Assembly: GCA_964435975.1 (NCBI GenBank)
Contig: CAYTBI010000004.1
Span: 30,529-94,528, forward strand
DNA length: 64,000 nt
From: an uncultured bacterium
Lineage (GTDB): Bacteria > Cyanobacteriota > Cyanobacteriia > Cyanobacteriales > Rubidibacteraceae
Reading direction: 5' to 3'
Positions 53,670 to 62,187 of this stretch are shown in pieces. The first letter of the stretch is position 1. Each line of letters starts with the position of its first letter. Below the pieces are notes generated by a model that had not been told where the DNA came from, searched no databases, and was given only the letters and a program-made list of their open reading frames with translations. A program made the position numbers and the translations under genes.

Positions 53670-54743
53670 ATGTCGCTGCGCCCCCCGATCTCCGTCCTGC
53701 TCGTTGAAGACTCCCCCATCGCCCTCAAAATTCTTGGCGAGATAATCTTGGCTGCCCCAAGTTTGACTTTGGCAGGCACGGCTCGCGACGGCCGCGAGGC
53801 CCTGGGTATATTGCCCCAGCTAGATCCTGACGTTGTCTGTACCGATCTGTACATGCGCGGTATCGACGGCCTGGAGCTGACGCGTCAGATCATGGCCCGG
53901 TTTCCACGACCGATTTTGGTGGTGAGCGTCGCGCAGCGCAATTCCAAAGCGGCCTTCGACCTCCTCGAGGCCGGCGCCATCGACGTGCTGGCCAAGCCTG
54001 CATCCGGCCTTCCGGGCGACTACCAACGCCAGGCCAATGCTCTAGTCCGTAAAATCGAGGTCTTAGCAGGCGTCAAGGTCTTCACCAAGCCCCTGCGCGA
54101 TCGCACGCCGCAGGGCGACGGCGCGTCGCTAACAGGCCCGGTAGGTCCGATATCCGCCCCCCTCGCGAGCAGATACCGCCTTCTGGTCATCGGGGCCTCC
54201 ACGGGCGGTCCTCAGGCCACCACGGCAATTCTCTCCCAGCTCCCGGCGAGCTTTCCTATCCCAATTGTTTGCGTGCAGCACATTAGCAAAGGATTTTTGG
54301 AAGGGATGGTTGCCTGGCTCGGTCGCGAGTGCGCTCTGCAGGTCAAGATCGCTGCTGCAGGTGAGTCCCCTCAGGCCGGAACGGTTTATTACGCCTCAGA
54401 AAACCGGCACCTCGAAATCGACGCGCGCGGCAGGCTGGCCTACAGTGACGATCCCCCCATTGAGAAGCATCGTCCGTCAATTTCAGTGTTGTTTGCCTCT
54501 GCGGCCCATTACTTTGGCAATGGGGTGGCAGGAATTCTGCTCACGGGCATGGGCCGAGATGGTGCCAGCGGGCTTGAGGTGATTTCCCAAGCAGGAGGTC
54601 TGACGATTGCCCAAGACGAAGCCACCAGCATCGTGTTCGGCATGCCCAAAGAGGCAATTGCCCTGGGTGCGGCCGCTCGCGTCTTGCCCATTGAGAGCAT
54701 TGCGCCGTTTCTGCTACGGAGCGTTGCAGCCGGCTCCCTCTAG
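53670..54743 (+). CDS. cheB: Chemotaxis response regulator protein-glutamate methylesterase CheB
   Basis: REC (VLLVEDSPIALKIL...VVCTDLYMRGIDG) plus a methylesterase domain with Ser/His/Asp contexts VIGASTGGPQA, CVQHISKGF, LLTGMGRDGASG. Confidence 0.9.
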   Translation: MSLRPPISVLLVEDSPIALKILGEIILAAPSLTLAGTARDGREALGILPQLDPDVVCTDLYMRGIDGLELTRQIMARFPRPILVVSVAQRNSKAAFDLLEAGAIDVLAKPASGLPGDYQRQANALVRKIEVLAGVKVFTKPLRDRTPQGDGASLTGPVGPISAPLASRYRLLVIGASTGGPQATTAILSQLPASFPIPIVCVQHISKGFLEGMVAWLGRECALQVKIAAAGESPQAGTVYYASENRHLEIDARGRLAYSDDPPIEKHRPSISVLFASAAHYFGNGVAGILLTGMGRDGASGLEVISQAGGLTIAQDEATSIVFGMPKEAIALGAAARVLPIESIAPFLLRSVAAGSL

Positions 54744-54816
54744 AGGGGGACGGTCTCAAGCGGTGCGGGGGCGATCGTGTAGGATTGTCGTGACTCAGTC
54801 GAGGAAAGGACGATTC

Positions 54817-55293
54817 ATGAGCCTGCGCGAAACCGTACGACCGATTGCCGACTTTTTTGCGGGCTTGAATCTGCCCGAGCCAATCGTACATTGGGGCCAT
54901 CCCGTGATGATGGGCATTGTTGTTTTCGTGATGGGGAGCTTCGTGGCCTACTCGGGCTGGCGCGCTCGCTTGGCTGGCGGCGCCGATATCGAGGCTGCCG
55001 CCCAAAACCGAGCCAGCCATAAAATTATGGCCCCAGCGATGTTTGCCTTTATGGCACTCGGCTCGACTGGGGGCATTTTGGCCCTGGTAATGCAGGAGCA
55101 GCCTATTTTGGAGAGCCCGCACTTCTGGAGTGGCATGCTGGTGCTGGGCTTGCTGGCCACTAATGCCATGCTGGCCCTGCTATTTGCCGGTCAACCGGGC
55201 CTGCGCGCCGCCCACGCCTACATTGGCAGCGCGGCTTTGGCTGTCGCGCTGGTTCATTCTGTCTTTGGCGTCAACCTCGGCTTGTCCTTCTAA
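54817..55293 (+). CDS. DUF4079 family membrane protein
   Basis: 158 aa from the internal ATG. Four predicted TM helices with conserved His contexts (HWGHPVMMG, AHAYIGSA). Confidence 0.55.
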   Translation: MSLRETVRPIADFFAGLNLPEPIVHWGHPVMMGIVVFVMGSFVAYSGWRARLAGGADIEAAAQNRASHKIMAPAMFAFMALGSTGGILALVMQEQPILESPHFWSGMLVLGLLATNAMLALLFAGQPGLRAAHAYIGSAALAVALVHSVFGVNLGLSF

Positions 55294-55319
55294 ATAGTTA
55301 CAAGCGTTCTTAAAACTCT

Positions 55320-57551
55320 ATGCTTCGCCAGCCTGCAACGCTGTTGTGTCTGGCGGTTGTCGCGGGACTGCTCGCGAGCTGGCAGCTGGGGCTGCCGGCC
55401 GAATCTGGCTGGGCTGTGGGCGCGACGGCAGCCCTAGCTGCGACCCTGGGAGGAGTAGCGGCTTGGCTGCTGCCTCGGCGCTGGCTGGCCGGGCCGGATG
55501 CGCGCGGCTGGATCGCCCTGGGGCTAGTCGCTGCGACGGCAGTTGCTTATCTGCAGCTGCGCGTGCCAGAGCCCGGTACAACCGACATCAGCCACCTCAT
55601 TCCGAACCCATCGGGGAGCGTCCCCACCCACATTCGTGGCACCGTCCGCACCGCCCCAAGCACTAATGCCAGCGGCCGAGTTCGTTTCTGGCTGGATGCC
55701 GAACGAGCCAATAATGCCCTAGAAGTCAGCGGCAAGCTCTATGTTACGGTTCCCTTGCTCCAGGGCACGGGTCTTGCTCCAGGGCAGCCGATCGCCATTG
55801 CCGGAAAGCTCTACAAGCCCGAAGGGCCCCAAAGCCCCGGAGCCTTCGATTTTCGCCAATATCTGGCCCTGAACGGGGCGTTTGCGGGTTTTTCGGCCGA
55901 GACGGTCGAGCCGCTCGCGCCACCGGCCCGCTGGGGCTGGTGGCGGCTGCGCCAGCGCATTGTCAGGGCTCAGATGCGCTGGCTGGGGAGCCCGACGGGG
56001 CAACTGGTTAGCTCCATTGCCCTCGGACGCCGTGCCGTCGATTTGCCCGACGACATCCGCGAGCTGTTTATCCGGGCGGGGCTGGCCCACGTGCTGGCAG
56101 CCTCAGGGTTTCACGTCTCGCTTCTGCTGGGGGCAATCGGCACCCTGAGCCAGCGCTTCGGCACGGGCGCGCGCTTGGGTGCCGGTTTGGGGGCCTTGGT
56201 GTTGTATGTGGGGCTGACGGGCGTTTCGCCTTCGGTGGCTCGAGCGGCCCTTATGGGGGCCGCGGCTTTGTTTGCCCTCCACAGCAATCGCCGAGTCAAC
56301 CCGCTCGGGGCCTTGCTTTTGGCCGCAACGGCGCTTCTAGCAATTAATCCGCTCTGGATCGCCGACTTGGGGTTTCAGTTGAGTTTTCTGGCGACTCTCG
56401 GACTGCTGACGACCGTACCGACAGTTTCAGCCTGGTTGGCCTGGCTGCCCGACGCCCTTGCGGGTGCCATTGCCGTGCCGCTGGCCGTATTTCCTTGGGT
56501 GTTGCCGGTGCAACTGGCGGCGTTTGGGGTTTTTCCGCCCTACAGTATTGCGGTCAATGTTCTGACGGTGCCAGCAATTGTGGTCATCAGTTTGGGTGGG
56601 ATGGCCTCGGCTGTGGCAGCGGTGATTTTTCCACCGGCCGGGAGCGCCCTGGCGTGGCTATTAGGGGTGCCGGTGCGCGTGACGCTGGTGATTGTTAATT
56701 GGTTCGATCGCCTGCCCGGCAGCAGCTATGCGGTCGGGCGCATTGCCCTCTGGCAACTCGTGCTACTCTACGGGCTGATTTTGGTGGTTTGGAGCTGTCC
56801 TCGACTGCAGCGCTGGTGGTGGGCGGCCGGGCTAGTGGGAATGGCGCTCGTTGTCGGTCCGCTGGCACAACGGCAACTGACCTCGGCACAGGTGACGGTG
56901 CTCGCAGGCGGCCGCGACCCCATCGTTGTCGCCCGCGATCGCGCGGCCACAATTCTGATTAACAGTGGCAACAGCGCCGCCGCCCGTTACACGGTGGTGC
57001 CCTACCTGCAGCAAACCGGTAGCGCTCGCCTCCAGGCGGCGGTGGCTCTTTCGGCGCGCGCGAGCCAAGGCTGGCCGCGAGTCGCCCGCAGCAGCGCGAT
57101 CGCCAAACTTTACCGCCACCCCAACGTGGCCCCGGAGGCGCTAGCCGGCCTAGATGCCGCCCCCTTGAGCGAGGCCCTCGCGGTCGGCAATATTCAGCTT
57201 GCGACGCTTCCCCAGACACTTCCCCAGACTGTGCCGTTGCTAGAGTTGCGCCTGCGCGAGCGGCAGTGGTTGGTTTTGGGAACTTTTCCGAAGGAGGCCG
57301 CGCTGCCACCCCCGCCGTCAGGGGCTAAAACCGCGCTGATCTGGTCCGGGCAAGCGCTGCCCCCAGCCTGGCTCGAGAGCGTCGCCCCTGAGATTGCGAT
57401 CGCCACCGGCAGCCGCATTAGCACCCCTACTGAGGACTGGCTGGCCGCGCGGGGCACCCAAATATTCCGCCTCGGTCGCGACGGCACGCTCGTTTGGCAG
57501 CAGCGGGGCGCGAAAACGCAACTTCGCCTCGGCCGCGATCGACTCGATTGA
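55320..57551 (+). CDS. comEC: ComEC/Rec2 DNA internalisation channel protein
   Basis: 743 aa. Competence-domain motif AGLAHVLAASGFHVSLL, a polytopic core, and a C-terminal MBL-fold-like region lacking HxHxDH. Confidence 0.85.
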   Translation: MLRQPATLLCLAVVAGLLASWQLGLPAESGWAVGATAALAATLGGVAAWLLPRRWLAGPDARGWIALGLVAATAVAYLQLRVPEPGTTDISHLIPNPSGSVPTHIRGTVRTAPSTNASGRVRFWLDAERANNALEVSGKLYVTVPLLQGTGLAPGQPIAIAGKLYKPEGPQSPGAFDFRQYLALNGAFAGFSAETVEPLAPPARWGWWRLRQRIVRAQMRWLGSPTGQLVSSIALGRRAVDLPDDIRELFIRAGLAHVLAASGFHVSLLLGAIGTLSQRFGTGARLGAGLGALVLYVGLTGVSPSVARAALMGAAALFALHSNRRVNPLGALLLAATALLAINPLWIADLGFQLSFLATLGLLTTVPTVSAWLAWLPDALAGAIAVPLAVFPWVLPVQLAAFGVFPPYSIAVNVLTVPAIVVISLGGMASAVAAVIFPPAGSALAWLLGVPVRVTLVIVNWFDRLPGSSYAVGRIALWQLVLLYGLILVVWSCPRLQRWWWAAGLVGMALVVGPLAQRQLTSAQVTVLAGGRDPIVVARDRAATILINSGNSAAARYTVVPYLQQTGSARLQAAVALSARASQGWPRVARSSAIAKLYRHPNVAPEALAGLDAAPLSEALAVGNIQLATLPQTLPQTVPLLELRLRERQWLVLGTFPKEAALPPPPSGAKTALIWSGQALPPAWLESVAPEIAIATGSRISTPTEDWLAARGTQIFRLGRDGTLVWQQRGAKTQLRLGRDRLD

Positions 57552-57552
57552 C

Positions 57553-58221
57553 TCAAATTGTCACCGGCGACTCGATATAAATGCTGGGCTCTCGGCAGGC
57601 AAAGTGGATGTCGTGCTCTCGCAGCTTTTCGGCAATTTTTTCGTTGGCAAGCTCGAGCAGGCGCTTGCGCAGTTGGAGAGAGTCTTCGCTTGCCCCGAGG
57701 ATGAAAAATGAAATTCGGGCGCGGCTGCCCGTCAAGCTAGGTGTTGGCGAATTTGGCAAATTGACCGGCGTGCCTAGCTGCTCCTCTGGCTTCAGGAGAG
57801 CGACTCGCGTGCCATCAGCATCGATACCAAACACCATTATCGTGCATTCTCTGACGGTATCTTCGACCAGCGCCTCTTCTTGAAAATTCAGAACCTTCGT
57901 AAAATTCAGAAACAGCAGCACCATCACTTTTTTACTACGCGTGATATTTTCGATTTCAAGATTGGCCATCAAGGAATTCGGTAGCACCACCAGCGTGCCC
58001 CGAGCGACCGATCGCACCTTGGTCGAGCGCAGGCCAATGGACTCGACTTTGGCAAGCAAACCGCGCTCGAAGGCCGGCCAATTCCAGAAGCGGATGTATT
58101 CTCCTGGCACGAAAGGGCGATCGAGATAAAGCACCATCGTCCCGAGAAGTTGCTCGAGGGTTTTCTGAGCGGCGAAAGCAATGGCCAAGCCCCCAAGCCC
58201 GAGGCTCGCGAGCAACCCCAC
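57553..58221 (-). pseudogene. 5'-truncated MscS-family gene (C-terminal two-thirds only)
   Basis: Aligns with residues from the pore helix onward of the 30699..31835 paralog (LGLGGLAIAFAAQ, DRPFVPGEYI, RKRLLELANEKIAEKL). No N-terminal TM region, and an in-frame TAA lies just upstream. Confidence 0.65.
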
Positions 58222-58224
58222 AAG

Positions 58225-59046
58225 ATTAATTTGTTGCCTCTTGCGAAGAGCTTAGGCATTCCATTTTACGCTCACGCCCATGGATATGATATCTCGCGGC
58301 GGTTGCGAGAAGGGCGCTGGCAACAACGGTACCGGCAGGAGCTTGGCTTGGCAACGGGCATTATTACTGTGAATCAACCGAGCCGGATAAAGCTGATAGA
58401 TCTGGGCATCCCCAGTGAAAAGATTCATGTGATTCCTTGCGGAATTGACGTACCGTCTCAACCCTGCCAACGTCAGTCTAAAGCAGTCACTCAATGCCTT
58501 GCAGTAGGGCGCATGGTCGGCAAAAAGGCCCCTATCATAACACTCGATGCCTTTCACCGAGCCAGCGAGCATTGTCCGAATCTATATTTAGATTACGTGG
58601 GCAACGGACCATTACTCTCAGCAGCCAGGCAGTTCATCATAGCTTTCGACCTCACAGAGAAGGTGACCCTGCATGGCGGGCAACCTAGTGCTGTGGTTCA
58701 CCAACTGATGCAAGAAGCCGATATATTTCTGCAGCACAGCATGACCGACCCCGACACGGGAGATGAGGAAGGGTTACCCGTCGCAATTCTTGAAGCCATG
58801 AGCCACGCGCTGCCCGTAGTTTCTACAAAACACGCAGGCATACCAGAAGCCGTTCTAGATAAAGGAACGGGCTTTTTGGTAAACGAGGGAGATAATGCAA
58901 AGATGGCCGAGAAGATTCTCGAGTTGGCTGAGAATAGCAACCTGCGTCATGCCCTCGGTCAAGCCGGTTGGAAAAGGGCTTCAGAAAAATTTTCCTGGGA
59001 AATCGAAAAACAAAGCCTGCGCGGCCTACTCGGTATTGGGGGATAG
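58225..59046 (+). pseudogene. 5'-truncated GT4 (GT-B fold) glycosyltransferase
   Basis: Homology begins at about LAKSLGIPFYAHAHGYD (normally about residue 100+ of GT4 enzymes). The C-terminal domain is intact (EEGLPVAILEAMSHALPVVSTKHAGIPE). There is no in-frame ATG near the start. Confidence 0.55.
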
Positions 59047-59069
59047 AGCTTATTAGAAGCTCTGGAACC

Positions 59070-59792
59070 TTATTTTTTGGCCAGGCCCCTCAAGCCGGTT
59101 ATCATCACGCCTTCGGTAAATTTTTGCGGGGCGCGATCGCGTTTGGCAAGAAGCCAGATTATTGGCAGTAGTAGCCGAGATAACGTGCCGCGTACAAGGC
59201 GCACCTTAGCACTCCTACCCTGAAGTCGGCGACGCACCCACAAGCCTAACATCTGAGCCAAAGCTGCATCCCATCCTCCTGTTGCCTCAATCTCAACCTC
59301 ACCAAACCCAGCTTGAGTGAGATGTCTTCTCATAGAAAAAGGCGTGTATCGATATTCATCATAGGGAACTTCGTGTAAATTCCAAAGGAAAGGAACGGTA
59401 AAAAAGAGGACTCCTCCCGGTTTGAGCACTCGGCAGATTTCTCTCATGGTATGCTCCGGGTTGGGGCAATGTTCGAAAACTTCAGTTGCCATCGCACAGT
59501 CTACAGTTTCGGCTTCGAGGGGAATTACTTTCCCATCCCAGAGAAGATCGGGCCTTGAATGCTTGGCATGCGTGCTGGCCTCTAAATCTAGACTGATGTA
59601 TTGGCTCACGTTACTATTTTCTGAGAGCAAAAGGGATTTATAGGGCATCCGACCGCACCCGACATCGAGCAACTTACCTCTCAGGCTGGGCAGGCTAAGC
59701 TTTAGGGCTTTAAGAATGCTAGAGCGAATGACATAGCGATCGAGGTTATTAGGAGAGAGCTGTGGGTCGAGAAATTCAAGATTTTGATTCAT
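59070..59792 (-). CDS. Class I SAM-dependent methyltransferase
   Basis: Motif I LLDVGCGRMPY and post-I/II LKPGGVLFFTVP. 240 aa. Confidence 0.8.
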   Translation of the reverse strand: MNQNLEFLDPQLSPNNLDRYVIRSSILKALKLSLPSLRGKLLDVGCGRMPYKSLLLSENSNVSQYISLDLEASTHAKHSRPDLLWDGKVIPLEAETVDCAMATEVFEHCPNPEHTMREICRVLKPGGVLFFTVPFLWNLHEVPYDEYRYTPFSMRRHLTQAGFGEVEIEATGGWDAALAQMLGLWVRRRLQGRSAKVRLVRGTLSRLLLPIIWLLAKRDRAPQKFTEGVMITGLRGLAKK

Positions 59793-60771
59793 GAGAAAAC
59801 AGTCGCCTCATTTTCGAGGCCACTCTTTTGAAATTACGAGTAAAACCTTTCTGTAGCGAGCTTTTGGCTTCTCCATCTGCCTTTTTTGGGCTTGGCAGGT
59901 TGCTAGATTCCTCGCTTTGTTTGGGAATCCAAGCCGAAAACTTTCTAAGAGAATCTTGATGTTGTTTGAGGTAAGGCGCTAGCAACCCATCCTTACCAGA
60001 AAGAATCCCATTTATAGTACTCTTCGTAAAGTGGATGAAGACTATCTCCGTCTCTCCGTTAATTCGAACAACCCCTTTCTCATCGGCCACTCTGCTACAT
60101 TCAATTTGATTCCAATTTGCGACATTGCAGCCCCTGTGGCGAATTACCTTCACATCTTCGAAGTAAATCGGGATTAAATTTAGATATGCTTGATCGTCAA
60201 ATATACTACGTTCGGGAGCTTTTACGCATTCATTAAGACAAACTTTAGTCCACCACTCTATTGCCGCCACCCCAGATGTTGTTATCCCAACAAAACCTGC
60301 ATTAAACAAACCAGATGTTTGCAGCGTCGCGAAGTTGGCAGCATCAATATGAGGATCTGAAGCTCGCCAATGAGGTGTGAGTACAACACTACTTCCCTCA
60401 AGCTCGCGAGAAAGAAATGTATGAGAGCCGAAAAAGTAGAGATCGGGATCGAGAAAGAAAACTTGCCTGTATCCTCGCTCTATCAAGAATCTAAGAAATA
60501 CTGATTTCATTGTCCATCGGAAGCAATCTATATTTGAAGCTTGATATTTTGCTTGTACCTCTTGACAGTAACTGACATGATGCATATCTTCTGGGTACCA
60601 GATTTTAACATTGGGAAATTCAGACTCTAATGATTGGAAGTCCGTCCGTTCGTCAGCGATTAAAATATTAAAGTTCTCTATCTTTCCGTGCCTCGATAGA
60701 GACTCGTATAGAGACATAGCATAGTGGATGTAGCTGGCTGTGATAATCGTGCAAAAAGCAATTTCTTCCAT
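59776..60771 (-). CDS. Putative GT-A fold nucleotide-diphospho-sugar transferase (GT8-like)
   Basis: FCTIITASYIHYAMSLYESL N-terminus and FFLDPDLYFF (DxD). Markedly AT-rich coding sequence. Confidence 0.5.
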   Translation of the reverse strand: MEEIAFCTIITASYIHYAMSLYESLSRHGKIENFNILIADERTDFQSLESEFPNVKIWYPEDMHHVSYCQEVQAKYQASNIDCFRWTMKSVFLRFLIERGYRQVFFLDPDLYFFGSHTFLSRELEGSSVVLTPHWRASDPHIDAANFATLQTSGLFNAGFVGITTSGVAAIEWWTKVCLNECVKAPERSIFDDQAYLNLIPIYFEDVKVIRHRGCNVANWNQIECSRVADEKGVVRINGETEIVFIHFTKSTINGILSGKDGLLAPYLKQHQDSLRKFSAWIPKQSEESSNLPSPKKADGEAKSSLQKGFTRNFKRVASKMRRLFSHESKS

Positions 60772-60773
60772 GC

Positions 60774-61880
60774 TTATAGAGCTATATTGTTCGGTCGTTC
60801 GAGGACTTTATTGTAAACATCAACAGTACGCTCGGCAATCGACCGCCAGCTAAGGGTCTTCTCTGTAAATTCACGCGCCAGGTTTCCTTGGTGAGCCGAC
60901 CGACCGGGATTCTTGGCTAGCTCGATGACCGCTCGACTCATCCCTTCGATATCTCCAACGGAAAAAAGATGAGCAAAGGCAGGATCGGTATAGGCTTTGA
61001 GATTGCCAATGTCATTGGAAATTACGGGCAATCCACAAGCCAGACCCTCTAAAAGCGCGTTATTAGCCGTGCAATCGAGAAAAGGTAGCAATAAGGCAGT
61101 TGCACTACGATACAGCTCGCGCAGCTCCAGATCGGACAAATTGGCATGCCAGTGGACTTGTGGATGCCGCGCGAGGCGAATGAATGTGGGGCTGTGGCGA
61201 TTGCGACTGCTTTTCGGCAGAAGAATATCGAATTCTATGCAGGCATTTTCTTCTAGGACGCAGTCCACAATCCCAGACAGCGTGTCTAAATCGCGCAAGT
61301 GCTTGCCAGAAAACAAAAAGCGAGCTGTTCTCTGGGGTTGCCGGTCGGCACCGGGGCAAAAAAATTCAGTATCTACCCCGTGGGGAATATAAAAAACGCG
61401 TCCGGGAAGATATTGCTCGAAATATGCAACCTCATCGCGACCTACAACGATAATTGCGTCGAGTGCAGATACTGTCTCGGGATAACCGTGACAGAGCCGC
61501 CACCAACCAGAGGGCTGATGGACGGTTCCGATAATTTTGCCCGGGAAATACTTGCGCCACTGGGGAGTAAGCCCGAGCTGATTTTCGACATAGCAGATAT
61601 GCACCAGCTGAGGCTTGACGAGCAGATTCTTCCACAGAAGCTTCAGTTCCGCAGCCGTACTATCGAGACCATAATAGGGACTCGATTTAGCTTGCTTTTC
61701 AAAGTAACGAATGAGGCGACCCGTCCCTCTAGGAAAAGGCCGACCGGGAATCTGCCAGACACTATGGCACACGCTCTCGGGCTGTATTAGTTTGGCAGCC
61801 GCATCACATAGCAAATCATAGCCGCTATGCCTTCCCATCCAGGAGAATTGCCTGCGCAGCCAACACACACTGTAGCTCAT
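60774..61880 (-). CDS. GT4 (GT-B fold) glycosyltransferase
   Basis: 368 aa. C-terminal E-x7-E-like region NALLEGLACGLPVISNDIGNLKAY. Confidence 0.75.
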   Translation of the reverse strand: MSYSVCWLRRQFSWMGRHSGYDLLCDAAAKLIQPESVCHSVWQIPGRPFPRGTGRLIRYFEKQAKSSPYYGLDSTAAELKLLWKNLLVKPQLVHICYVENQLGLTPQWRKYFPGKIIGTVHQPSGWWRLCHGYPETVSALDAIIVVGRDEVAYFEQYLPGRVFYIPHGVDTEFFCPGADRQPQRTARFLFSGKHLRDLDTLSGIVDCVLEENACIEFDILLPKSSRNRHSPTFIRLARHPQVHWHANLSDLELRELYRSATALLLPFLDCTANNALLEGLACGLPVISNDIGNLKAYTDPAFAHLFSVGDIEGMSRAVIELAKNPGRSAHQGNLAREFTEKTLSWRSIAERTVDVYNKVLERPNNIAL

Positions 61881-62187
61881 CAGTCCAAAGCTGGGCTCGA
61901 ATCAAGTACGGGCACCGCACGTCAACTCTACCAAGGATAGGGACGAGGCAACCTAGTGCCCTCTGTGGCGAGACATAAGTTATTGAGCTGCCGATATCCG
62001 CACCTTGGAGCGTGGAGGAGCACCAGCAGATTTATCGCGACCGCGATTTATAGAGAGTGGCCGTCGTTCGGGAGCAAGCTCTGTGGCACGCTCTGAGTGC
62101 CGACCGTAAAATAATGCAAAAGTACTATTGCCAATTTTATTTGCCACGGCATTTCAAGAGCCGAGCGCCATAATCGAAAAGACGCCC

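Noticed and set aside
61893-61903. A tRNA T-loop-like string GGGCTCGAATC in the intergenic region next to the low-GC block, considered as a possible tRNA or att remnant.
   Set aside because: The flanking bases do not form a T-stem or an acceptor stem, and no cloverleaf can be drawn. A short match like this is expected by chance.
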